DNA of 64,000 nucleotides. Source: Candidatus Bathyarchaeota archaeon (GTDB taxonomy: Archaea > Thermoproteota > Bathyarchaeia > Bathyarchaeales > Bathycorpusculaceae). Below are positions 1 through 9,601 of the stretch, piece by piece. The position numbers and the translations under genes were made by a program. A model generated the notes under the pieces. That model was given only the letters and a program-made list of their open reading frames with translations, was not told the DNA's origin and made no database searches. Numbering within the stretch: position 1 is the stretch's first letter; each line of letters begins with the position of its first letter. The DNA lies in the NCBI GenBank assembly GCA_963775465.1, contig CAVZIW010000001.1, positions 128,001 through 192,000 of the forward strand, read 5' to 3'.

Positions 1-174
1 ACCGATGAATGCGCCGACAACTGTGTTTATTATAGTTCCAAGAAATACGATCCAGAGTGCATCGGTGAATTTTGCTTTGTCTTTTCCCGCAATTAGTCTT
101 CCAGAAATCCAAAGGGCTGGAGATAGCAATATTGTTCCTATTGCTATCTGAATTAATGTGCCTATTAAATCCAT
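1..174 (-). CDS. small membrane protein, partial (runs off the window start)
   Basis: ATG at 174; reads MDLIGTLIQIAIGTILLSPALWISGRLIAGKDKAKFTDALWIVFLG..., hydrophobic, open to the window edge. Confidence 0.6.
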   Translation of the reverse strand, partial: MDLIGTLIQIAIGTILLSPALWISGRLIAGKDKAKFTDALWIVFLGTIINTVVGAFIG

Positions 175-497
175 AATTTAGCCTCTACTTAGAATTTGTT
201 TGATTTGGTTAATAAATTTAAGTGCCTACTAAAAACTTGGAAGCCACAATCAAACCCACAAATGCACCTTATGTTTCGAGGATTTGCCTTTTTGTTACTC
301 AAATCATAGATAATTTCTAATATATCTGCTGCGCCACTTTTTTCGCAATTATTGCTCTCTAATGCAAAACAAAGCCAGTAAAGCATAGAAGAATGAAATT
401 AGCTGTAGATCTCTTTGCTCTTAGATAATAGGAAATTAATGAGCTATGTGCAAGCCGTAGCAATAGTTTTAAAAATAAAACTTTAACATATTAGAGT

Positions 498-878
498 TTG
501 GTAATTCTATTGGACAAAGAAGACCAAATATTAGAAGAGTTAAAGAAAATTCGTGCCGCTTTAGAGAAACCCCCAGCACCATCACCCCCAAAAGGTTTAT
601 GGAACGAATTCAAAGACTTCCTATCAAAATACAAAATCTTCGGGCTTGCCGTAGCATTTATTATAGCATTGTATTTAGGAACACTAGTTCAATCTCTAGT
701 CAAAGATCTACTGCTTCCAGCAATCGGCTTAGCAATCCCAGGCATGGATAACTTGGCAACAATAACTGCAGGACCATTTGGAGTCGGCGCGTTCTTGGTG
801 GCTTTGATAACATTCATTATCGTCGCGTTGCTAGCCTTCGTTGCAGTTAAAGTAGTCAAAAAATGGGGCATCGATTAA
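498..878 (+). CDS. mscL: MscL-family large-conductance mechanosensitive channel
   Basis: EFKDFL..Y.IFGLAVAFII...LVQSLVKDLLLP and G.FLVALITFIIVA motifs typical of MscL. Confidence 0.8.
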   Translation: MVILLDKEDQILEELKKIRAALEKPPAPSPPKGLWNEFKDFLSKYKIFGLAVAFIIALYLGTLVQSLVKDLLLPAIGLAIPGMDNLATITAGPFGVGAFLVALITFIIVALLAFVAVKVVKKWGID

Positions 879-973
879 TCTATAGCTAAATTATTTTTAG
901 CTACAACTCTTTTTTTTCAAAAAACTAAAGTAAATTTTCTTATCTTTATTTCCAAAGTAGTTTAAGTTTCCAA

Positions 974-2191
974 TCAATGCGTTTCTTTTTCTATTTTGTC
1001 TTTTTTGGCTGACTCGTCTTCTTTCATTTTAGTAGCTGGAGATTTACAAACGTCACACAGCATTTTTTTGAGTATAGGCATGGCAATGAAGGTTGTTAAG
1101 ATAACAGCTATTACAGCTACCGAGTATGATTGGGTTGAAATTAAACCACTGGTTAATCCAAGACTTGCGATTATTAGGCCCATTTCGCCTCTCGGAGTCA
1201 TACTAACACCAATTTTCAATGCATCCAAGTTAGAAAACTTGTTCATGCGAGCAGCTATAAAGCTGCCGATTATCTTTCCTGCAAAAGCTACTGCAGTGAT
1301 TATCAAACCTAATATTGCGTAATCTCCAAGAACGCTAAGGTTAACCAATGTCCCGATTGATATGAAGAAAATAGGTACGAAGAACATGTAAAGACTATGA
1401 GTATTCTCGAGAACCACCCTAACTTTAGGATGTCTTCGTGTCAACGGTAGTCCGGCAGCAAATGCCCCTACAATTAAGGACAACCCAATTGAAGCTGCGA
1501 AGTATGCTGAGACAAAACCGTAAGCTAACATGAAGAGAATTAAATATTCGTCATCAAGTCTTACCGTGTTGATTATTCTAACAATGATTTTAGAGCCGAT
1601 TAAAAGAATAACAACCCAAAACAGGATTGCTTTGACGACAACGAGTACAATGTCTAATGCATTAACGCCTCCAGATAATACACTCAACACAACAGACAAC
1701 AAGACAACAGCAATAACGTCATCCACAACACCCGCACCTAGAATCGTCAACCCTACAGGGTTGTACAATTTCCCAAAATCCTTCAACAAACGTATCGTTA
1801 TTCCAATACTGGTAGCTGTAAACACCACACCCAGAAAAAGAGATTCATCATTTGAAATTCCAAAGGATAATGCAGTATAATAGCACAAAACCAAAGGAAT
1901 AATCGCACCAAGCACACCTACAGTGAGTGATGGCACAATTTGTTTTCTCAAATCCGCTATTTCAGTTTCCAAACCAATATAAAACAAGAGAATAATGGCG
2001 CCCAACTCAGCAAACACGCTAACTGTTGCTTGATCTGAAATTAAATTAAATATTGACGGCCCAACTATGATTCCAACTAAAAGCTCACCCAACGCAACTG
2101 GATAGCCAAACCTTTTGATAAGTAAACCGCCGACGATTGCTGCTACCAATAGTATGGATAATTCAAGCACGAAAGAGGAGGGATCAGCCAT
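974..2191 (-). CDS. CPA2-family cation:proton antiporter
   Basis: many TM helices; GELLVGIIVGP, ATSIGIT, GAGVVDDV, PIFFISIG and PRGE motifs. Confidence 0.9.
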   Translation of the reverse strand: MADPSSFVLELSILLVAAIVGGLLIKRFGYPVALGELLVGIIVGPSIFNLISDQATVSVFAELGAIILLFYIGLETEIADLRKQIVPSLTVGVLGAIIPLVLCYYTALSFGISNDESLFLGVVFTATSIGITIRLLKDFGKLYNPVGLTILGAGVVDDVIAVVLLSVVLSVLSGGVNALDIVLVVVKAILFWVVILLIGSKIIVRIINTVRLDDEYLILFMLAYGFVSAYFAASIGLSLIVGAFAAGLPLTRRHPKVRVVLENTHSLYMFFVPIFFISIGTLVNLSVLGDYAILGLIITAVAFAGKIIGSFIAARMNKFSNLDALKIGVSMTPRGEMGLIIASLGLTSGLISTQSYSVAVIAVILTTFIAMPILKKMLCDVCKSPATKMKEDESAKKDKIEKETH

Positions 2192-2362
2192 AATTTTTCA
2201 CATTGAACTGCTTATTATTTAAATCTAAGCTCCAATTATTTCACATGATTCATTAATAAGGGCATCTCCAATTTTTAGAGAAGTGTTCAAGGTAATTAAT
2301 TTAAGGGTTTTATACGAGCATTTTATAAACGGATAGCGCTAAAATCAAGTGGGGAAACACCC

Positions 2363-2533
2363 TTGGAAAACTGGGTATTTGTCTCTCTCTTCACGTTGGC
2401 TGGCATCCTAGTGATTGCATGTGGCTTAAAGCAAGAGGTAAATTTCGCTTTTATTTCAGTTGGTTTGGTGATCTCAAGTCTTAGTTCTCTAATTCTTGTA
2501 AAAAGATTTAAGAAATGGATCGAAAAAATATAG
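2363..2533 (+). CDS. small two-TM membrane protein (56 aa, not in the ORF track)
   Basis: TTG start; MENWVFVSLFTLAGILVIACGLKQEVNFAFISVGLVISSLSSLILVKRFKKWIEKI; two hydrophobic segments and a basic tail. Confidence 0.5.
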   Translation: MENWVFVSLFTLAGILVIACGLKQEVNFAFISVGLVISSLSSLILVKRFKKWIEKI

Positions 2534-2674
2534 CAACTTTGCATCTGTTTCTACGAATAATTCTTCTTTGCAACTTGTCAGTAAACTCTTGAACCAACTT
2601 ATATTTTATCTTAAGGTTTTGATAGCGAGATTAAATCCGATAGAAATTAGCCAAGAAAACAGCTATTCAATACT

Positions 2675-3199
2675 TCATACGATGTATTTACCGCTCTTCT
2701 CAAAATCATGGACAATCTGAATGACACGTCTTGGCGTATACATCGGTCCAAGCGGTAAGTCTTTTAGAAGAATCCAAGGGGATTTTTTTGCAACAATTGT
2801 TGCGATGTGTGTTTTTCCAAAGCTCTTTTCTGCCACAGCAGCAACTTCCTTTCTTACATTTGTTTCGGACATCTCTCCCAATGCGTGTAGATACTCATGC
2901 AGAAGTAGATTGTAGGTCAGAGCGTTAACAGTAGGTTTGTCAGTCATATTTGCTTCAACAATTTCAACTAGTGCACGATTTAAAACAATGTTGTTTGTTC
3001 CAACTGGGTAGTAAGCACCAAGTTGCAGAGGTAGATCATCCAAGAAAAGCATCATGCCATCTCGACGTTTCCCCAAGGCATAAACTGCGGTTTCTTTAAC
3101 AATTTTCCAAACTTCTGCGTAGCTTTTCGCTCTATCTAAACTGGAGCCAAAATGTTCTTCATCTTTAGGGTGAGAAGCCCTCAAAACAGCGTCGTCCAT
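2675..3199 (-). CDS. hypothetical zincin-like protein (HEXXH)
   Basis: LLHEYLHALG motif followed by a downstream E. Confidence 0.7.
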   Translation of the reverse strand: MDDAVLRASHPKDEEHFGSSLDRAKSYAEVWKIVKETAVYALGKRRDGMMLFLDDLPLQLGAYYPVGTNNIVLNRALVEIVEANMTDKPTVNALTYNLLLHEYLHALGEMSETNVRKEVAAVAEKSFGKTHIATIVAKKSPWILLKDLPLGPMYTPRRVIQIVHDFEKSGKYIV

Positions 3200-3314
3200 A
3201 AATAAATCAAAACATTTTCAATCCTTTAAGTGTTACACCTATTTAGAGCAGAAATTAATCGTAAAATTGATAAACAACAACTGCTTCTCTGATAGCGTTA
3301 TAGGTGAAAAATAA

Positions 3315-3737
3315 ATGGCAAGCAATGTCACAGTAAAAGACATCATGACAAAAGATGTTAAAGTGGTAAACAACAACACCGTAATGCAAGAAGTAGTTGC
3401 AATAATGAACAAATATGATAAAGACGCAATTCTTGTTGTCCAAAGCGGTAAACCAACAGGCATAATTACAGTAAAAGACGTTCTAATTCGTGCAGTTGAA
3501 GCAGGCACACCCCTCAAAACAATCATCGCAAGAATGGTCTACACAAACCCACTAGTTGTTATTGACGAAAACGCAACTGTTGAAGAAGCGGCAAAACTAA
3601 TGAAACACTGGAACATCAAACACTTACCAGTCATAGACAAAGCAGGCGCACTCGTAGGCATGGTTGATGACAGGCAAATTGTTTATGCCGTTCCAAAACT
3701 CATGTCTGTGATGGAAGAATTCTGTCGCCGAAAATAA
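3315..3737 (+). CDS. CBS-domain pair protein
   Basis: VKDIMTKDV, GIIT, HLPVID...LVGMV; GGTGA SD upstream. Confidence 0.9.
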   Translation: MASNVTVKDIMTKDVKVVNNNTVMQEVVAIMNKYDKDAILVVQSGKPTGIITVKDVLIRAVEAGTPLKTIIARMVYTNPLVVIDENATVEEAAKLMKHWNIKHLPVIDKAGALVGMVDDRQIVYAVPKLMSVMEEFCRRK

Positions 3738-3848
3738 TTTTCCTCCAACTTTAATTTTATTTTTCTAAACCTTAGTTTTTACAATGAGATCAAACTAGAA
3801 TCTAATAATTCGACGATAACTAATACAAATAAAAAGAATAGAAAGAGG

Positions 3849-4139
3849 TTACTGTTTGCTCTCTTTAGCCCATGCTTCTTTAGCTAACTTGGCAATGTTT
3901 TCAGCGTTTGTCTGAGCATTCAAATCGGCTAGAACGTTGTTGATTTCGTTTCTTACGAGCAACGCAATCTCGTTGGTGCGTAGGGGCTCCGGTCTTGTTG
4001 ATTGATAGATACGCAACGCTCGTAAAACAAATTTAACAAACAAGTTGTTGAGCTCATCTTGCAATTCAGTGAGTTCATTTTTGCTTTCAGCCATTTTCTT
4101 GCTATAGGCGTCTGAATCCCTTTTTCCTTCGTTTGCCAT
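3849..4139 (-). CDS. hypothetical protein
   Basis: helical ORF downstream of pyrG; likely start MANEGK at 4139. Confidence 0.6.
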   Translation of the reverse strand: MANEGKRDSDAYSKKMAESKNELTELQDELNNLFVKFVLRALRIYQSTRPEPLRTNEIALLVRNEINNVLADLNAQTNAENIAKLAKEAWAKESKQ

Positions 4140-4198
4140 TTTATATCGGTCCTTTAAGCTCAAGTATGACTTATGCATAATAGGCTTTTCGATAAAAC

Positions 4199-5827
4199 CT
4201 AAGAAAGAGAACGCTTAGCATTATCCAACTTCTTGTCAATGCATGCCCGTATGAAACCCACATATTCAGGTGAGGGTCTTCCAGGTCGACTCCTGAATTC
4301 TCCATGAAATTGCGATGCAAAAAAGAAGTATTTGTTGGGTAACTCCAAGGTTTCCATTCTTCTACCATCACTACTTTTTCCTGTGAAACATATTCCGTTG
4401 CTTTTCAAGGGGTCTATGTAATCGAGGTTAACCTCGAAACGATGTCGGTGGCGTTCATGAATTTCTTCGCCGCCAAACAAACTATGTGCTAGACTACCTT
4501 TTTGTAGCATCACTTTATGGGCACCTAATCGCATGGTTGCTCCTTTAATTTCTATTCCTCTTTGTTCAGGCATTAAGTCAATTACTGGATAAGGTGTATC
4601 TGGGTTAATTTCGGAACTGTTTGCGTCTTTCAGTCCTGCGACGTTGCGGGCAAATTCAATAACTGCTATCTGGAATCCATAACAGATTCCTAAGAATGGA
4701 ATGTCATTTTCTCTTGCATATTTTACTGCCGCTATTTTCCCTTCAGTGCCTCTGGGACCAAACCCATAAGGAACAAATATTCCATCAAAGTTTGAAAGAG
4801 ACTGGATGCAGTCTGGTTCTCGCTCAAACTTTTCTGCTTCTAGGTAAGAAATGCAAACTTTGGTGTTGCAAGCAGCGCCACCATGACGAAGAGCTTCTGT
4901 CATGCTTACATAGCTATCTGATAATCCAGCGTATTTACCTACTAAAGCAATTTTGACTTCATAGGTAGGGTTAATCATACCATTAACAAACACTTGCCAT
5001 TCGCTAAAGTCCTTGCCTTCACAGCTAAGCCCTAAACGTTGACAAACAAAATCCCCCATACCCTGTTTATCGAGGATAAGTGGAACTTGATAAACTGTTT
5101 CGGCGTTATAAGAGCAAAACACAGCGCTCTCGGGTATGGTTCCAAATAACGCGATTTTTCTTAACGCTTCCGCATCAATCATTTTAGGGCTTCTCGCAAC
5201 AATGGTATCAGGTTGGATACCAATGCGTCTCAGTTCATTGACGCTGTGCTGAAGAGGTTTCGTTTTCATTTCTCCCGTAACATCTAAAATGGGAACTAAA
5301 GCCACATGAACATACAAAGTATTCTCGTAACCTTCTTCCACGCGCATTTGTCGAATTGCTTCCAAAAACGGTAAACCTTCGATGTCACCAACTGTTCCAC
5401 CGACTTCAGTAAGGACAATTTCAGCGTTAACCATTTTAGCTGCTTTTTTTATGCGGTTCTTTATTTCGTTAGTTACATGGGGTACGATTTGAACGCATCT
5501 ACCCAGAAAATCGCCATGGCGCTCTTTTTCAATAACGCTTCGGAAGATGGTTCCAGTGGTTAAGTTATTTTCTTGCTTCAGACTCAAATCCAAAAAACGT
5601 TCGTACCAACCCAGGTCAAGATCTGTTTCACCGCCGTCATCCGTTACGAAGACTTCACCATGCATATATGGATTCATGGTTCCAGCGTCGATGTTCACGT
5701 AGGGGTCAATCTTTACAACTGTAGGTTTTAAACCTCGAGCTTGAAGCATTTTTCCAATTGAAGAAGTCAAGATGCCTTTGCCAACTGAACTAAGCACTCC
5801 ACCCGTAACAAAAATGTACTTAACCAT
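4199..5827 (-). CDS. pyrG: CTP synthase
   Basis: KYIFVTGGVLSSVGKG, DPYVNIDAGTM, GICYG, QFHGEF. Confidence 0.98.
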   Translation of the reverse strand: MVKYIFVTGGVLSSVGKGILTSSIGKMLQARGLKPTVVKIDPYVNIDAGTMNPYMHGEVFVTDDGGETDLDLGWYERFLDLSLKQENNLTTGTIFRSVIEKERHGDFLGRCVQIVPHVTNEIKNRIKKAAKMVNAEIVLTEVGGTVGDIEGLPFLEAIRQMRVEEGYENTLYVHVALVPILDVTGEMKTKPLQHSVNELRRIGIQPDTIVARSPKMIDAEALRKIALFGTIPESAVFCSYNAETVYQVPLILDKQGMGDFVCQRLGLSCEGKDFSEWQVFVNGMINPTYEVKIALVGKYAGLSDSYVSMTEALRHGGAACNTKVCISYLEAEKFEREPDCIQSLSNFDGIFVPYGFGPRGTEGKIAAVKYARENDIPFLGICYGFQIAVIEFARNVAGLKDANSSEINPDTPYPVIDLMPEQRGIEIKGATMRLGAHKVMLQKGSLAHSLFGGEEIHERHRHRFEVNLDYIDPLKSNGICFTGKSSDGRRMETLELPNKYFFFASQFHGEFRSRPGRPSPEYVGFIRACIDKKLDNAKRSLS

Positions 5828-6103
5828 TATTTTCCCCGCAATAACACCTACTTTTCAGGCTGATTTAATATAACTCTTTTGTGTAACTAACTGAATAAAC
5901 GTAAAAATAGGAATGCAAAATCGAATAAACGAACAGCTTATAAAAAGTGGCTATTGCCGAGATAACATTTTGGTTAATCCCTCAAAGAAGCAACCAAACG
6001 CTTACTTTCACTCATAAGATTTGTTAAACAAAGAGAAAAATTGCAACTAATTGCATAAAAATATTAATTACAGCTTCCACTAGTATAATTCGGAGACTTA
6101 GAA

Positions 6104-6337
6104 TTGCCCAAAGCCTTTGTATTAATAAATGTTGAATCAGGAGCAGAAGAAGACCTCGTTGCAGAACTTAAAAAAATTGACGGCGTGGAAGAAGCCTACT
6201 TTTCTTACGGGGTATACGATATAATTACGAAAGTCAGAGCTGAAACTATGGAAAAACTAAAGGATATGGTTACAAGACGAGTTAGAGCAATGAGCAAAGT
6301 TAGGTCAACTTTGACTTTGATAATTATGGACGAGTAA
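6104..6337 (+). CDS. stand-alone Lrp/AsnC ligand-binding (RAM) domain protein
   Basis: AFVLINVE...GVYDII.KV...VRSTLTLI. Confidence 0.85.
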   Translation: MPKAFVLINVESGAEEDLVAELKKIDGVEEAYFSYGVYDIITKVRAETMEKLKDMVTRRVRAMSKVRSTLTLIIMDE

Positions 6338-6607
6338 TAACATTATTTTTTATTTTTTGTCAATTCAATATTTTTAGAAACAAGACAACAGTTTTTAGAT
6401 ATTATGCAAGTAAATGATGTGACCAAAGCCACAAATATAATCAAGAACATGTTTCTTGTTTGTCGATCTTTTCAGTATTATTTTGCTTATCCCGTAAAAA
6501 TTAATTAGTGAGACAAAGAAAAATAAAAACGTAGGCTGAATGATAATATTTTCTATAACCCTTAATAGGTTAGCCATCGATGGTTGTTAAATAAGGCTCG
6601 AAAAAGC

Positions 6608-7639
6608 ATGGAAACGGGGAAAAAACCATTTCAGTCTAACGTAGTCCTGATAATATTAATTGCTGGGTTAGTTGCTTTCTTACTTTACGTATTTTTCTTT
6701 GTTAATCCTGCACAAATTGTGGCAACTCTTGCCAAGACAAATCTTGCAATTTATGCATTTGCCTTTGTTGCATTCGGGTTAAGCACCTTTTTCTCTTCTT
6801 TGGTTTGGAATAGTCTTCTTAATAATTTATCAGTTAAAATTTCCAAACGAAAGACCTTTCTTTTTACATGGGTGGGCTTATTTTTTGATGCCACTGTACC
6901 CCAGTTGGGTTGGTCAGCTGAAATTTCTAAAACATACCTGTTGGCAAAGGATGTCAAAGTAGAGGCTGGTCGAGTTGTGGCATCAGTAGTTGGACAAAAA
7001 ATATTTACTATGACCATAGCAATTACTGCTCTAAGTACAGGTTTAATCTTAGTATTGTTGAGCTATTCGTTGCCGCTTGTATCCATTGTGCTGATTAGCT
7101 TAGTATTAACATTGTCGATACTAACTTTAGCAGTTGTTTACTACGTTAGTTTCAAGCCAAGGACTACAAAAAAGCTTCTTAACGCGGCAATCAAAATAGC
7201 ATTGTTTTTCAGAAAAAGTTGGGATCCCCAAAATTTCAAAACCAAAGCAGAAGAAACGCTGGATAACTTCCACTCAGGTTTTAAGCAATTAAAATCTAAT
7301 CCCAAAGGATTAATTCTACCGATATGTTATGCGGTTACAGCTTTTCTTTTTGAAGTTTCAGTTGTCTTTCTAACTTTTTTGGCTCTGGGACAACCAGTAC
7401 CTATTGATGTTGTGCTCATCGTTTTTACTATAACGGGAACTTTGCAGACTGTTGGAGTGGCGATTTTCGGTTTTCCCGAGTTAATCATGACTTTAACGTT
7501 TACCGCGCTATACATTGAGCCTGCGGTTGCTGTATCTGTCGCTTTGTTAACAAGGGTTGTGAATCTTTGGTTTAGACTCTTCGTTTCATACTTAGCGCTG
7601 CAGTGGGCGGGAATAAAAATACTCAGAAAAACGTCATGA
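6608..7639 (+). CDS. lysylphosphatidylglycerol synthase TM-domain / flippase-like membrane protein (UPF0104)
   Basis: multi-TM protein with family-like spacing (W..LL..L, ALLTRVVNLWF). Confidence 0.75.
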   Translation: METGKKPFQSNVVLIILIAGLVAFLLYVFFFVNPAQIVATLAKTNLAIYAFAFVAFGLSTFFSSLVWNSLLNNLSVKISKRKTFLFTWVGLFFDATVPQLGWSAEISKTYLLAKDVKVEAGRVVASVVGQKIFTMTIAITALSTGLILVLLSYSLPLVSIVLISLVLTLSILTLAVVYYVSFKPRTTKKLLNAAIKIALFFRKSWDPQNFKTKAEETLDNFHSGFKQLKSNPKGLILPICYAVTAFLFEVSVVFLTFLALGQPVPIDVVLIVFTITGTLQTVGVAIFGFPELIMTLTFTALYIEPAVAVSVALLTRVVNLWFRLFVSYLALQWAGIKILRKTS

Positions 7640-7699
7640 CCCAAAATAGAAAACATTTTAAAGCTAACTGTGACTAATCAATTATTAGATGATTAAGAT

Positions 7700-7936
7700 A
7701 TGCCTACAGCGTTTGTGTTAATAAATACTGAAATCGGTTCCGAATCAGACGTTCTCAAGGAATTAAAAACTGTTGAGGGCGTTGAGGAAGCTTCAGCTGT
7801 TTACGGTGTTTACGACATAGTGGCGAGAGTAAAATCGGAAACTATGGATAGGCTTAAAGAAATAGTTACATGGCGCATTCGACGCCTCGACAAAGTACGA
7901 TCAACGCTAACAATGATTGTCGTTGAAGATCGATAA
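7700..7936 (+). CDS. stand-alone Lrp/AsnC ligand-binding domain protein
   Basis: AFVLINTE...YGVYDIVARV...VRSTLTMI; paralog of 6104..6337. Confidence 0.87.
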   Translation: MPTAFVLINTEIGSESDVLKELKTVEGVEEASAVYGVYDIVARVKSETMDRLKEIVTWRIRRLDKVRSTLTMIVVEDR

Positions 7937-8173
7937 ACACAACTTATTTCTTTTATCAACAATAACCCATTTCATTTCTTGCGAGCATAAATAGTTTAAT
8001 TGAGAAACATCGGTAACATATCCTCAAAATTAACAATAGTTGTAACTGAAAGTCAATCAACTTCTTTAAATAATCAGCTGATCTTGAAGCATCCACTATT
8101 TCATAATTTTTTTTCCTTTAACAATATTTTTTACATCCTATTTCATTCTATTCATAAAATTGGAGAACACGCC

Positions 8174-9517
8174 TTGACTATTCAACCAACTCTTAATATC
8201 GGCTTAGATGACACTGACTCAACCAAAGGAGGATGCACCACGTACTTAACCGCTGTGCTAGTTAAGAAACTCAAGGCTTTCAAAGTTGAATTTACTGATT
8301 ATCCTTGCCTAGTTAGACTCAACCCGAATGTGCCCTGGAAAACTAGGGGAAATGGCGCTTTATGTTTACGTTTCAGATTCAAGCCGGAACTAGAGGATGA
8401 CATAAAAGATGCTGCAATAAGCCTTTGGGAAAAACATGCGGCAGTAAAAGAAAAAGGCACAGATCCAGGACTTGTTTTCTACAAAAATGCTGAAATTCCC
8501 AATGAACTAAAGACTTTCTCAAACAGAACTAAAACCTCCATTGTCACTCTCAAGGAAGCCATGAACCTGATTAAAAAAGTTGGAGCGGAAGCATTAGGTT
8601 TCAACTCTTGCAGGGGCATAATTGGCGCGTTAGCCGCTATAGGCGAAACTTTAGAAAAAGACCACACCTACGAGTTGATCACCTATCGCGCCCCTGAAAA
8701 TATAGGGTCAAAAAGAAGAGTGGATGAAACTTCAATTTTTGAAATGGATAAAGCAACCGCTCCCTACACCTTCAATAATGTGGATTCTGAAACGAGAAGA
8801 GTTGTTATTACTCCTCGTGGACCAGACCCAATTTTGTTTGGAATCCGAGGCGAAACCCCAGAAGCAGTTCTAAAGGCATTTAGTATGGTTAAGCCCAAAG
8901 AACCAGTGGAACGCTGGATGATATTCCGCAGCAACCAAGGAACTGACGCCCACTTAACCCATGTTGAAAACCTAAACAAACTTTTACCTTACAGTTCGGT
9001 AATTGTTAAGGGGGAAGTTTCGAAAGATCCCCGGATTATCCCCTTACGTCATGTTATCTTTTCAATAAAAGATGATTCTGCCGAAGTGGATTGCGTTGCG
9101 TTTGAACCAACAGGCAACCTACGTAAAATAGCACGAGAACTAATCATCGGTGACATTGTTGAAGTTTATGGCGCCGTACAGAAGGCGAAAGCTAACAAAA
9201 CACTAGCGATTAACCTTGAAAAAATAATAATACTCAATCTTGCCCAAAAAACTCGGCCAGAAAACCCTATTTGCATTAATTGTGGCAAACACCTGAAATC
9301 TATGGGCAAAATCCAAGGTTTTCGTTGTGAAAAATGCGGTAGTAAATATCCAAAATTAAAGAAAAAAGATACAATTATTCCTAGAACCCTTAAAACCGGT
9401 TTGTACTTAACATCCACACGGTCTCAACGACATCTCACTAAACCACTTAGTAGATACGGGCAAGAAAAGACTGATTCGTCAAGTTACTGTTTGATAGATG
9501 AATGGCATTCTCCATAG
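8174..9517 (+). CDS. tiaS: tRNA(Ile2) 2-agmatinylcytidine synthetase
   Basis: IGLDDTDS..GGCTTY, RLNPNVPWKTRGNGA, SNQGTDAH, OB fold and CxxC...CxxC ribbon; probable TTG start at 8174. Confidence 0.95.
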   Translation: MTIQPTLNIGLDDTDSTKGGCTTYLTAVLVKKLKAFKVEFTDYPCLVRLNPNVPWKTRGNGALCLRFRFKPELEDDIKDAAISLWEKHAAVKEKGTDPGLVFYKNAEIPNELKTFSNRTKTSIVTLKEAMNLIKKVGAEALGFNSCRGIIGALAAIGETLEKDHTYELITYRAPENIGSKRRVDETSIFEMDKATAPYTFNNVDSETRRVVITPRGPDPILFGIRGETPEAVLKAFSMVKPKEPVERWMIFRSNQGTDAHLTHVENLNKLLPYSSVIVKGEVSKDPRIIPLRHVIFSIKDDSAEVDCVAFEPTGNLRKIARELIIGDIVEVYGAVQKAKANKTLAINLEKIIILNLAQKTRPENPICINCGKHLKSMGKIQGFRCEKCGSKYPKLKKKDTIIPRTLKTGLYLTSTRSQRHLTKPLSRYGQEKTDSSSYCLIDEWHSP

Positions 9518-9601
9518 CATTAATCCGTTATTTTTTCTGCAAAATGCTTTAAATTCTTCAAGCTCGTAAACCCCTTCTCATAGGACAGAGGTTATTCTTC
9601 A

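Noticed and set aside
996-1880. Antisense and alternative-frame ORFs over real genes (here and throughout the window)
   Set aside because: Shadow ORFs opposite well-supported CDSs, with no independent motifs.
8000-8173. N-terminal extensions in the ORF track (tiaS; likewise nnr, pncA, the Hjc-like gene, GH15)
   Set aside because: The extensions are AT-rich promoter sequence without family motifs; downstream starts fit better.
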